Shown here: in pieces, positions 9,301-16,258 of the stretch
Position numbering within the stretch: position 1 is the first letter of the stretch
How the letters are laid out: the number at the start of each line of letters is the position of its first letter
From: a virus
Taxonomy: Duplodnaviria > Caudoviricetes
IMG/VR virus record: IMGVR_UViG_3300037518_000029
Location: 1-28,341 of that record
DNA length: 28,341 nt
Strand: one strand, 5' to 3'
Notes under the pieces: generated by a model
What the model saw: only the letters and a program-made list of their open reading frames with translations
The model's database searches: none
What the model was told of the DNA's origin: nothing
Translations under genes and position numbers: made by a program

Positions 9301-10540
9301 CGATCTGGCCGACGTGGCTAGCGGGGCTGCCGACATGCTCTCCCCATACCGGCGCGCAGCAGTGCAGATCATGTCCATCGCCATGCACAAGTCGGAGGTG
9401 TTCAATCGGCAGGTTACGTCTGTAGCTGCGGCCCGCCTAGAGTTGCAAAAGCGCAGGGCGGCAGGCGAACCAATACCTGCGGTGGGTTCACAAGCGCACA
9501 CCGAGTTGCAAGCGAAGCTCACCGATGCCGGGCGTAACGCGATAGACACCACCCACTTCGACTACAGCCAGAGCAATAAGCCATCCGTGATGCAAGGCGA
9601 TGTAGGTGCGTTGGCACTGCAGTTCCAACAGTTCCGGTTCCATATGCTGGCCATGATCGGCAAGGATATCCGGGATGGTGTTGTGGGTACGGACCCTGAG
9701 GTCAAGCGAGAGGCGCGCCGCGCACTGGCCTACCTTGTGGGCATGCAGCTAGCGTTTACGGGGGTAGCCGGAACCATTCTGGCCCCCATTATCTTCGGGC
9801 TTATGGACGCGTGGAAGCCGGAGGACGATCTGACCACAGCTGAGCAGGACTTCCTCAACTATTTCGGCAAGTACGCAACCCATGGCGTCCTCGCTGGGGC
9901 TGTGGATACCCAGCGGATCGCGTCGGACTCATTGATAACGCTCGGCGGTAAATATGCCCCCGTGGGCGGGCGGCCAAGTGAGACCGCGCAGTACTACGTA
10001 CTACAGAACCTCGGCCCATCCGCCGGGTTGTTGTTCGATATGCTGGATGGCGCGGCCGCGGTAGCGGACGGCGAGGTGTATGACGCCTCGCAGAAGCTGC
10101 TGCCTAAACCATTCAGGGATGCTTGGAAGGCGGTAAAAGAGACCATGTATGGAGCGTCCACCACCAATAAGATTGTCTACCACGAGCCGAGTGTATTATC
10201 CACAGTGACGCAATCCATCGGGTTGCGCAGCGCGGAGCGGCGGGATGTAGAGGGTGTGCGGTCGGCGGTGTATCGGGCCAACAAGACCGCGTTTGACCTC
10301 AAGAACCGGTATCTCACCCGCATGGCCGTGGCGTACACATCGGGCGACCGCGATGGTATAGCGGAGACCGAGCGTGACATCCAAGATTGGAACGAGCGCT
10401 ACCCAGACTTCGCTATCCGCGCGCAGGACATGGCCCGTGCAGTTACCAGCAGGGCTAGGGCGCAGGAGGTAGCTACGCAAACAGGCATCGTTTCGTCGCG
10501 TATGCCAGGGCAGACAATCGACGCGGTACTCGGGCGATGA
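3347..10540 (+). CDS. Giant polyvalent/internal virion protein (2397 aa) with GNAT motif, zincin-like metallopeptidase and PLxRFG-like region
   Basis: RBS AAGGAG upstream and a Gly/Ala-rich N-terminus. GNAT motif A VVQEAQGRGIGTGL (~aa 1138-1151). VKGMFYNGNIYLV...LAHELGHSGL...AEEVLA gives an HExxH at ~aa 1267 plus a distal Glu. GPYSPLQRNGEY (~aa 1670) is a PLxRFG-like motif. The C-terminus is helical with hydrophobic segments. Confidence 0.85.
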   Translation: MAEPTFFDTSLQLLQLQQQNQAAADAAKRQAAIDATAQAERTRDRTLGEVAGDVGLAGLQSAVSLGGSAYGLANVATLGALDRATGFSGNLQETQETLEGWKSAPIQARRENVMGAFQQGVGTGLAEAVTTPSVLADMGVQSLAFFLPGLGAAGAAAKTAQATAAARGASTGAAALHANTQATRAALAANAATMGGMGNVDAINEARGAGLSENEIQLAGMGGAAANALLSFGTNKFTGAAGLEARVAQRFAGAGSVEQAGGVAARIGAGALREGTQEALEESGQQAIRNVAGQRPIEEGTATSAALGGLLGGTFGAAFGAANVRKPTQTREQIQAVQAELEAELEGLGLRTGDRPLDAMMRARRAAGAIQEEIDLGATPLPGETQEEIDIGATPLPGAEFDAEEINLGAVPPPGLSGLNAIVAQQRAIQAQQPPRMGVQEISFDQYTGATDQEVAGLPQVEEIAGRSVQDIIRETAPIERVAQQFGPAVAGAEAARRAAAAEVPVAPAQAPDLSTPKARGAFKASVRQAFVDKAGITPRQAQGAQFEAIVDAAAATGARPGTPEFDIAVGVEAARRLGQVEAAGGQSALLGALVNNYPVTEEQRVGAAFDRGGVATTEEELFGTAPETEAQAPQEAPLIPAEAVKAGEVGQVWVDQQGQEFRVVQAPNAGRTVLVEDAQGGRRGIPFNRVRAQGWQLRPTPQVAGLTADAASQLRNLLAGTYWAERGGRLLRAQGDTGPVVGRTEWLSSIPEVQSVLSNTGYNAADVQGWLDRAATGQGRPLGDKQVAIIEGLLDVMSQPQTEVRGAENITQTPVVSAWLNRRMDDIRQRNEMPEGVDLRGTIEVNIDSPNMARAGRAGKIQAEVSSVQKAIRDIAKWAGDHPTEWAQLSNDEQIRLDFADPVSTLEFMRTGARQESMVDVARREAANQRADAATPRQVTTAAPRYDAQAWADYMTYPGAAQLNALVGMKEQQGNPQPVLAAMLYGIDIAGDLAELNPLVMAAQAHPEFALMPQDGRSEVTTHIAQAVNRVTGATFELADTVPVRPTELQRALAMSEDEYIATINPTGATSEAGDVVIVRVGDLDRPASAPKVATFADSQGTAVDVYADANGTLYAEQGGEVVGQIESRDGETLNIVVQEAQGRGIGTGLAAELIRREPFAQAGSLSPAGEATRRAAFRRVKAQTAKFAQGTAGKAMNKRVFDRAVTTAQGNLTVPVTGVDTVADLQTETGLALPTNVKGMFYNGNIYLVRENIANGKDMALTLAHELGHSGLATLLGPSLNAATNRMWANADMRGRIRGKMADLKMAQGTEAERRASRTLAAEEVLADMLASGERLNKDIWSKLRAGVRDFFARVFGVRDYVVSNKEVDALLGDVARVINGAAAGQVRSEMANADMWLNNPEAAAAADPKFSRIKVDMEDVIAKAQAEPNQQTTPLSDITKAAGEASAGVARQVWNAIKENKLGALYTKHAMHLNQLKDWYDPMFGGRISTLANAKRAKEAFFNQSLTRPTDLEYDGEKLGAASIMDVAGEWTKFSRENPQKHNALNHMKQYSTFYKVFPDKSWEDQRDIDYAAAGYTAEERQAGHARLQKAYQAIGPKGQEIYKKAQAIYKKQWDRHHAVLLAELRRAGKAHQESVQQDDGTIELIQKYESDVRAAMQRISEGPYSPLQRNGEYNVTVWKDNTVAYFAAYDTRQDAEIARKQINENFERTGETGATVNIGGRKDFSLQIDSAGNRGTLEQLTAKIAADLNGVIPAGMEERSRNKMLRALTNSLTESYLQSLPQNAFMQHARTRKNVGGFDMDAMRSFADYTLRSSRTTAGVKYDGVIGSAMTAIDTYVADVGKGLYAEDAAVKNTDTDKLQSIANAVKHQHQASLDVDRGEAARGVMQVSFLYYMTSLSQLFLNASQTYMVALPRLAARYGVAAATREVNKAAGQYFKSGFDLLKEGSVINKAAATDPAEALVAGMLTALYEDGTLDFTQAHDLADVASGAADMLSPYRRAAVQIMSIAMHKSEVFNRQVTSVAAARLELQKRRAAGEPIPAVGSQAHTELQAKLTDAGRNAIDTTHFDYSQSNKPSVMQGDVGALALQFQQFRFHMLAMIGKDIRDGVVGTDPEVKREARRALAYLVGMQLAFTGVAGTILAPIIFGLMDAWKPEDDLTTAEQDFLNYFGKYATHGVLAGAVDTQRIASDSLITLGGKYAPVGGRPSETAQYYVLQNLGPSAGLLFDMLDGAAAVADGEVYDASQKLLPKPFRDAWKAVKETMYGASTTNKIVYHEPSVLSTVTQSIGLRSAERRDVEGVRSAVYRANKTAFDLKNRYLTRMAVAYTSGDRDGIAETERDIQDWNERYPDFAIRAQDMARAVTSRARAQEVATQTGIVSSRMPGQTIDAVLGR
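4460..4591 (+). repeat. Three tandem peptide repeats EEI[DN][LI]GAxPxPG inside the giant protein
   Basis: EEIDLGATPLPGETQ / EEIDIGATPLPGAEFDA / EEINLGAVPPPG. The DNA copies differ at synonymous sites. Confidence 0.9.
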
Positions 10541-10546
10541 TACTCT
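10518..10546 (+). promoter_or_regulatory. Possible promoter for the lysis cassette
   Basis: TCGACG, 17-nt spacer, TACTCT, with TG at the extended -10 position, overlapping the giant-protein stop. The match is weak. Confidence 0.3.
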
Positions 10547-10594
10547 CTAGCCACTATAAACAGAACTCACCTAGCAGTAAGGGTAGGCCGAGGC

Positions 10595-11005
10595 ATGTTA
10601 GATATGCAGACTAACGTCGAAGTACTCAAAACCGAGATGCGTGGTCTGCAGACCGGCATGTCGGAGCTGGCCGCCAAGATGGATATGCTCATATCCATGC
10701 AAGTGCAGTTGGTTCGATTGCAGGAACAGCACGACACGCACCGACAGGCGCTCGATCGAGCGTTCTCATCCATCCGAGTCAATGGCGAAGAAGTCCGCCG
10801 GGTGGATAGCTCCTTTCACAAGGCGTACAGTTTCATCAAAGGGGGCGCCCTGGTTGGCACCCTACTGTGGGGGTTCATCCAGTGGTACGTGGTCGGGCAG
10901 ATCAACACGCTCAACCAGGTCGACGTGGACCTCAAGGCTGTGGACCGGCGCATTGCTGTTATCGAATCGAAGGTCTGGGTCGGTACATCTGGAGATAGCA
11001 AATGA
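10595..11005 (+). CDS. Single-pass membrane coiled-coil protein of the lysis cassette (holin/antiholin-like)
   Basis: GAGG RBS. N-terminal coiled coil, one hydrophobic segment GGALVGTLLWGFIQWYVVG, then a short second coiled coil. ATGA-coupled to the holin. Confidence 0.65.
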   Translation: MLDMQTNVEVLKTEMRGLQTGMSELAAKMDMLISMQVQLVRLQEQHDTHRQALDRAFSSIRVNGEEVRRVDSSFHKAYSFIKGGALVGTLLWGFIQWYVVGQINTLNQVDVDLKAVDRRIAVIESKVWVGTSGDSK

Positions 11006-11424
11006 ACCCACTGTTGCTAGGCGGTATTTTTGATATTGGCGGCAAGCTGCTGGACAAGTTCTTCCCAGACCCAGCCGAGCGTGCCCGCAAACAGATTGAG
11101 CTGTTGGCTATGCAGCAGGCCGGCGAGCTGAAAGAACTAGAGACCCGCATGTCGGCTATCTTGGCTGAGGCCAGCAGCTCTGACCCGTGGACTAGCCGCG
11201 CCCGCCCCAGCTTCCTGTACGTGTTTTACTTCATCATCCTGTCCATGGTGTTTTTCGCGCCGGTGGTCGGCGTTTTCGCGCCGGACCAGATGGACGTGTA
11301 CTTCACCAACGTAGGGCGTGGGTTCGCTGCGATTCCCGAGCAGCTATGGTGGGCCTTCACCACCGGCTACCTGGGCTATGCCGGCGCCCGGACCTACGAG
11401 AAGAATAAGGGGGTCGCCAAGTGA
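11002..11424 (+). CDS. Holin, GTA 3TM-type family
   Basis: GKLLDKFFPDP N-terminus, EASSSDPWTSRARPSFLYVF motif, hydrophobic helices and a YLGYAGARTYEKNKG end. It lies immediately upstream of the endolysin. Confidence 0.8.
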   Translation: MNPLLLGGIFDIGGKLLDKFFPDPAERARKQIELLAMQQAGELKELETRMSAILAEASSSDPWTSRARPSFLYVFYFIILSMVFFAPVVGVFAPDQMDVYFTNVGRGFAAIPEQLWWAFTTGYLGYAGARTYEKNKGVAK

Positions 11425-12134
11425 GCTTCCTCCAAGCCCTAGCGGTATTATTTCGCAAGCCCGACCCAGTACCCAGCCACAAGGAGGAAGCCGCGCCTGT
11501 GGCTGTATCGTTGACGGAGAAGCAGTTCTCCACCCTGTTCCCCAAAGCCAACCCGATGATCCGGGCGCCGCTCAACCGCGTCATGGCTCGGTACAAGATC
11601 AACTCGCCAGTACGCGCTGCGGCGTTCCTCGCCCAGATCGGGCACGAGTCCGCCGGTCTGACCCTCGTGGTAGAGAACCTGAACTACAGTGCCGAAGGAC
11701 TGGCTGCCACATGGCCGTCGCGGTATCGCGGCACGAGCGGCGCACCTAACGCCCTGGCACAGAACCTCGCACGCGAGCCGGAGGCCATCGCCAACAACAC
11801 CTACGCCAACCGCATCGGTAACGGCGACGAGGCGTCTGGTGACGGGTGGAGGTTCCGCGGGCGTGGGTTTATGCAGACCACGGGCCGCGCCAACTACGCT
11901 AAGCTAGGGGCTGCGGTGGGTACGAACTTCACCGCGGTGCCTGAGCTGCTGGAGCAGCCGGAGTATGCTGCGGTATCCGCTGCGTTCTTCTGGCACTCGA
12001 ACGGGCTGAATGAACTGGCGGACGCCGGTGTGTTCGACCAGATTACCCGCAAGATCAACGGCGGCACCCACGGCACCGCAGACCGCAGAGCACGGTGGGA
12101 AAAGGCCAAGCAGGTGTTGAATGGCAACGGATAA
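11421..12134 (+). CDS. Endolysin, glycoside hydrolase family 19 (chitinase-like lysozyme)
   Basis: AAFLAQIGHESAGL, ENLNYSAEGL, GDGWRFRGRGFMQTTGRANY and ITRKINGG motifs. The GTG start overlaps the holin stop. Confidence 0.92.
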   Translation: MSFLQALAVLFRKPDPVPSHKEEAAPVAVSLTEKQFSTLFPKANPMIRAPLNRVMARYKINSPVRAAAFLAQIGHESAGLTLVVENLNYSAEGLAATWPSRYRGTSGAPNALAQNLAREPEAIANNTYANRIGNGDEASGDGWRFRGRGFMQTTGRANYAKLGAAVGTNFTAVPELLEQPEYAAVSAAFFWHSNGLNELADAGVFDQITRKINGGTHGTADRRARWEKAKQVLNGNG

Positions 12135-13326
12135 ACGCGACAACTGGTCCAAGGGCTCCAACAACCTAGCGTCCAAGGACCGGCTGCCGGAAGGGTTCGT
12201 CCGTCATACGGTCAACCTAGACCCACTCCCCGGCGGGCGACTGGCGTTGCGTGCTGGGTACGAACAGGTCTACGCAGGTACTGCGGTGCGTGGCGTGCTG
12301 TCGCTGGGCAACAACCTACTCATCGCCGACGGCACCGACCTAGTTGAACTGAACACCGAGAGCGGTGTGTCGCGGGTACTGCGTACCATCGCTGGTGCCG
12401 GTGCGTTCTCCGGCGACGTGCTCAACGACGTGTTGTATCTCAGTACCGAGAACGAGTGCCTACAGTACGACGGGCTCGAAGCTACGCCTTGGGGCGTACC
12501 TGACGTGCTGTACCAACCGACAGTTACTGCGTCTGCGGCCGGCGGGTTGATCGAGGGTTACTACCAAGTGGCCGTCACCCACACAGACTCTTGGGGTCGT
12601 GAGGGCGGTACGGACAAGCCGATCGTTATCTTCGCTGCCCTCGGTGCGGCTCTGACAGTGACCATTGCGTCCGTTCCTACCGACTGCGTGGTAAACATCT
12701 ACGTCAGCTCGGTTAACGGCAGTACGCTGTTCCACCAGAACACTGTTGACGTAACAGGCGATGTGGTCGTTGGGCAGATCCGCGACGACACTACCCGCTG
12801 CACCACTGTACTGACCCGCGCCCCGCGCCCCGGCACACAAGTGGTAGCGCATAACGCAACCCTGGCGATAGCCAAGAATAACGCCGTCGAGCAGACCAAC
12901 CCCATGCAGCCCCACCTGGTTGACCGGGTGCGTGGGTTCCTCCAGTTCGGGGCGGATGTGGGTGTGCTGCTGAGCGCTGGCGCGTTGTTCGTCAGCGCCG
13001 ATAAGTGTTACGCCTTGACAAACGTCGAGGGTGATGGAATAAGCCAGAAAACGGTGTTAGAATTTCCCGCAGTTCCAGGCACAGCGGTGCAGCTACCAGA
13101 TGGGCGGGGCGCATTCATGACACGATACGGGCAGGCGATAACCAACGGCGACGGGATACAACTCGTCAACCGGGATACGTTCGCCCCCGTAGACACGTCG
13201 CGGGGCGCGGCCGGCGTACTGGAGAACAACGGCAACCAGTTGGTTGTCACTACGCTGCAAGGCAAAAACAGGCCGAATCCGTTGGCCGCATCTGACTTCT
13301 TCGTTGGGGAGATTATAAACCCATGA
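12121..13326 (+). CDS. Putative tail nozzle/stabilisation-type protein (401 aa)
   Basis: The N-terminal KGSNN...LPEGFVRHTVNLD...GGRLALRAGY pattern resembles the start of short-tail nozzle proteins. The body is beta-rich. Confidence 0.55.
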   Translation: MATDKRDNWSKGSNNLASKDRLPEGFVRHTVNLDPLPGGRLALRAGYEQVYAGTAVRGVLSLGNNLLIADGTDLVELNTESGVSRVLRTIAGAGAFSGDVLNDVLYLSTENECLQYDGLEATPWGVPDVLYQPTVTASAAGGLIEGYYQVAVTHTDSWGREGGTDKPIVIFAALGAALTVTIASVPTDCVVNIYVSSVNGSTLFHQNTVDVTGDVVVGQIRDDTTRCTTVLTRAPRPGTQVVAHNATLAIAKNNAVEQTNPMQPHLVDRVRGFLQFGADVGVLLSAGALFVSADKCYALTNVEGDGISQKTVLEFPAVPGTAVQLPDGRGAFMTRYGQAITNGDGIQLVNRDTFAPVDTSRGAAGVLENNGNQLVVTTLQGKNRPNPLAASDFFVGEIINP

Positions 13327-13823
13327 GCGTACTCGGCACTGGTTTCCGATATGACTGCGAGATCATTAAGCCGAGCGGCGAGATCGAGCAGTTCACCGAT
13401 TTCAACCTACTCCCACAGGTGTCCATCGATCACATCGTTGGGTTGCTGCGTGGCGACGGTACTTCTCCCATCAGCTCGTGGTTCGTCGGGGTGTTCTCCG
13501 GCAACTATGTACCCACCAGCGGCGTGACCTCGGCAGACCTCCCAGTGGTAGTGGGCGAGTCCACCGCGTACTCACAGGCAACCCGCCCGGTGTGGACCCA
13601 CGCTTATGACGCTGTGTCTCTGGTAGACAACATCGCCAACAAGGCAGTGTTCACGTTCACCTCGGCCACCACGCTGTACGGCGCGTTCCTCGTGTCCAGC
13701 TCGGTCAAGGCCGGCAACACAGGTGTGCTGCTGTCGATCGCGCGGTTCAACACCCCGAAGACGATGGACATCGGGACCCAATTCTCTGTAGCCGCCGGCA
13801 TCACGCTGGTTCCAACCACCTGA
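13323..13823 (+). CDS. Virion structural protein (166 aa, tail accessory)
   Basis: Beta-rich and T/S-rich (WFVGVFSGNYVP, ESTAYSQATRPVW, TLYGAFLVSSS..GVLLSIARF). ATGA-coupled within the tail module. Confidence 0.65.
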   Translation: MSVLGTGFRYDCEIIKPSGEIEQFTDFNLLPQVSIDHIVGLLRGDGTSPISSWFVGVFSGNYVPTSGVTSADLPVVVGESTAYSQATRPVWTHAYDAVSLVDNIANKAVFTFTSATTLYGAFLVSSSVKAGNTGVLLSIARFNTPKTMDIGTQFSVAAGITLVPTT

Positions 13824-13833
13824 GGGTAGCATC

Positions 13834-14277
13834 ATGGCAATGAAGATCAGCACTGGCCTAGCCAAATCCCTGCTGGACACCGACGGCCTTACAGGCAGCT
13901 TGTCCGGCATGAAGCTCAAAATTTATGACGGCACCGAGCCGGCCACCGCCGACGCCTCTTTGGGCGGCGCCACACTGCTCGTTACTATCAGCGACGCTGG
14001 TGGTGCGGGCGCGCTGTCGTTCGAGGCTGCTGCCGTAGGCAACGTCATCGAGAAGCTGTCCAGCCAAGTGTGGCAGGGCACCAACGCTGCGTCTGGTACG
14101 GCATCGTTCTGCCGTCTGGAGCTGGCCTCCGACACCGGCGCCTCCAGCTCGACCGAAGTACGTGTGCAGGGCGATGTGGGTGTGGCGGGCAAGTTCCTCA
14201 ATCTGTCGAGCGTGGCGCTGACCGCTTCTGCTGTTCAGGTGGTAGACTTCTTGTCGATCACTATGCCTACCTCGTAA
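13834..14277 (+). CDS. Virion structural protein (147 aa, tail accessory)
   Basis: GAGG RBS. The LKIYDGTEPATAD...LLVTI...SGTASFCRL...RVQGDVG pattern is common in small phage structural proteins. Confidence 0.7.
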   Translation: MAMKISTGLAKSLLDTDGLTGSLSGMKLKIYDGTEPATADASLGGATLLVTISDAGGAGALSFEAAAVGNVIEKLSSQVWQGTNAASGTASFCRLELASDTGASSSTEVRVQGDVGVAGKFLNLSSVALTASAVQVVDFLSITMPTS

Positions 14278-14289
14278 CGGAGAAACCCC

Positions 14290-16251
14290 ATGGCCAACCG
14301 GCTAAAAAAGCTGGCGGAAGTCCGCTACACGCCGGGTACGCCATACCAGCCTTACGTTCCGGGTTACTGCATCCAGGTGGCTTACACAGTACCTGGGTAT
14401 CAGACGTTCGACACTGTGTATGTGTTGGACGAAAACGGGGATTTGGTACGCATAGACGGTCCGTCTACAGGATATGTAAACCCGTCAACCAAGTACATTG
14501 AGCTGTGCTTCCCCGCGCAGCCCGAGATCCGTGGCACCTTGGCGACCACGACCTACACCGCTATTACTGGGTGGAACGGCGGCGCCCGCAGTGTTGACCA
14601 GCTCGATAACGACGGGTACTTCGAGTTCCAGATCCGTGACGTGCCATCAGGCACTGTGGTTGGTCTGTCTACCACAGATGTTACCACCCTCCCAAGCGAG
14701 CCAACCCACGCGGTCTACGCGCACAGCACCACCCTCGACATCATGGAGAGCGGCGTCGTTGTTCACACGGCGCCAGTGGCGCACGACTACGACAACGTGT
14801 ATCGCATCCAGCGCGTAGGGTTGACCGTCACGTACTCCGGCCCAGGCTGGTCTTACGAGAGCTTGACCCCCGCAGCCGGCGCGCGGTTCCTCGACGCTGC
14901 GATGTACGCTAGCGGCGAGTTCGTGGACAACCCCACCCTGACACTGCTCGAGTTCTCTGGCACCGCCAACGGGTCGTTGGCGGCTATGGATGGCCACGGT
15001 TACGGTCGGGAGTACGCAGGTGTAAGCTCGATAGACGCCGTGGGCTCCCTTGCAGCTATGGACGGCCACGGTTACGAAGGCGCCGAGTACGCTGAGGCAT
15101 ACGGCACCCTGGGGGCTATGCAGGGTGAAGCGTCTGAGACCCCGTCATACGCCGCTGCATACGGCACGCTGGGGGCGCTGTCCGGTGAGGCGGGCGTTAT
15201 CCTTGTGGTCAGTGCGTCGGGTGCGCTCCAAGCCCTGAGCGGTGTAGCATCCGAGGGCGTGTACAACTACGGTGGTGGGTCGCTCCAAGCCCTGACGGGT
15301 ACGGCGGAAGGCGGATACCCACAGGTCAGCCTGATCTTCGGCGTAGGCGCACTAGCGCCACTGGTAGGTGCCAGTCTCGGTCTCACCGGCGAAGTTGGCA
15401 CAGTCGTTGCTACCCTCGGCGCATTGGGTGGCTGGGCGTCCGAAGGCCCATACGCCGAGGCGTTCGGTACGCTTGGCGCAATGCGCGGCTACGCAGACTC
15501 CGGCTGGCCGCAACCAGGCGAGACGTACTCCAACGACGTGGCTCTGCTAGGTGACTTCTTCCTCGCGCAAGACGTACAGCTTGGCTCCATCACCAGCTCG
15601 CTGGATGTGGGCGATTTCTTCGACGACGTGATTATCATCGAAGACGCTATCTACGATTCCCTCATGCTGTCGGACAGCGTGACTGCCACGCAGGCGATCG
15701 AGGCTGTTATCGCCATGTCCCTGTTGCTGGGCAACGACATCAGCAACCTGATTGATAGCCAAGAGACTAGCGCTGCCGGCCGGCTGATCGGTGCTGAGCC
15801 TGCGCAGTATGCGGTGAACGTGCTGACCAGTGCACTGACGAACTACAGCGGGTTCAACTTCACGGCGTTCGCGTCTGTTGGTCAGACCCTGTATGGTGCC
15901 AAGACCGATGGTGTGTACCGCGCTCGCGCCGGTGACGACGACGGCACCAGCCTCAACGCCTATGTGGACTTCGGTACTACCGACTTCGGTGCATCCACAG
16001 TCAAGTCGGTAGAGGCTATCTACTTGGGTGTGGCTACCGACGGTGAGCTGTACGCTCGTATGGAGTCTGGCACCAGCAGCCGACTGTATCGCGTAGTGCC
16101 TCGGGGCGATATGATGCGGGCTAAGCCAGCCGGGGGGGTCAACGCCAGGCTGTGGAACGTGTCGCTGGAGATCGTCGACGCTACTGAGTTCGAGCTGGAC
16201 TTGGTTGAAATTCAAGTAGGCGTGTCATCGCGCCGCTGGACATCGAGGTAG
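14290..16251 (+). CDS. Tail fibre-like structural protein (653 aa)
   Basis: GGAG RBS. From N- to C-terminus: a Cys-closed hairpin, a GWNGGARS beta-sandwich-like segment, Gly-rich repeats, DxLxLxD repeats, and a C-terminal YAVNVLT...TTDFG...KSVEAIYLG domain. Confidence 0.75.
   Translation: MANRLKKLAEVRYTPGTPYQPYVPGYCIQVAYTVPGYQTFDTVYVLDENGDLVRIDGPSTGYVNPSTKYIELCFPAQPEIRGTLATTTYTAITGWNGGARSVDQLDNDGYFEFQIRDVPSGTVVGLSTTDVTTLPSEPTHAVYAHSTTLDIMESGVVVHTAPVAHDYDNVYRIQRVGLTVTYSGPGWSYESLTPAAGARFLDAAMYASGEFVDNPTLTLLEFSGTANGSLAAMDGHGYGREYAGVSSIDAVGSLAAMDGHGYEGAEYAEAYGTLGAMQGEASETPSYAAAYGTLGALSGEAGVILVVSASGALQALSGVASEGVYNYGGGSLQALTGTAEGGYPQVSLIFGVGALAPLVGASLGLTGEVGTVVATLGALGGWASEGPYAEAFGTLGAMRGYADSGWPQPGETYSNDVALLGDFFLAQDVQLGSITSSLDVGDFFDDVIIIEDAIYDSLMLSDSVTATQAIEAVIAMSLLLGNDISNLIDSQETSAAGRLIGAEPAQYAVNVLTSALTNYSGFNFTAFASVGQTLYGAKTDGVYRARAGDDDGTSLNAYVDFGTTDFGASTVKSVEAIYLGVATDGELYARMESGTSSRLYRVVPRGDMMRAKPAGGVNARLWNVSLEIVDATEFELDLVEIQVGVSSRRWTSR
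14971..15500 (+). repeat. About nine G[ST]L[AGQ]A[ML]xG repeats (19-24 aa period) in the 653-aa protein
   Basis: GSLAAMDGHGY x2, GTLGAMQG, GTLGALSG, GALQALSG, GSLQALTG, GALAPLVG, ATLGALGG, GTLGAMRG. Confidence 0.85.
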
Positions 16252-16258
16252 GTATGGC
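16244..16258 (+). repeat. 15-nt direct repeat, copy 1 (CGAGGTAGGTATGGC: stop + RBS + start)
   Basis: Identical to 17225-17239. Confidence 0.9.

Noticed and set aside
3347-10540. Giant protein as an N4-type virion RNA polymerase or a tape-measure protein
   Set aside because: Despite the N4-like capsid, I found no single-subunit RNAP catalytic motifs and no tape-measure periodicity or tail-tube/chaperone context. The motifs point to a polyvalent protein.
11318-11749. 143-aa alternative-frame ORF across holin/endolysin as a nested spanin
   Set aside because: It has no signal peptide, lipobox or transmembrane segment, and its Pro/Arg/Ser-rich composition is typical of an off-frame translation.
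14275-14292. In-frame adjacency of the 147-aa and 653-aa genes (also 1161-1169) as read-through fusions
   Set aside because: The stops are TAA, there is no stimulatory signal, and the 653-aa gene has its own GGAG RBS. One in three junctions is in frame by chance.
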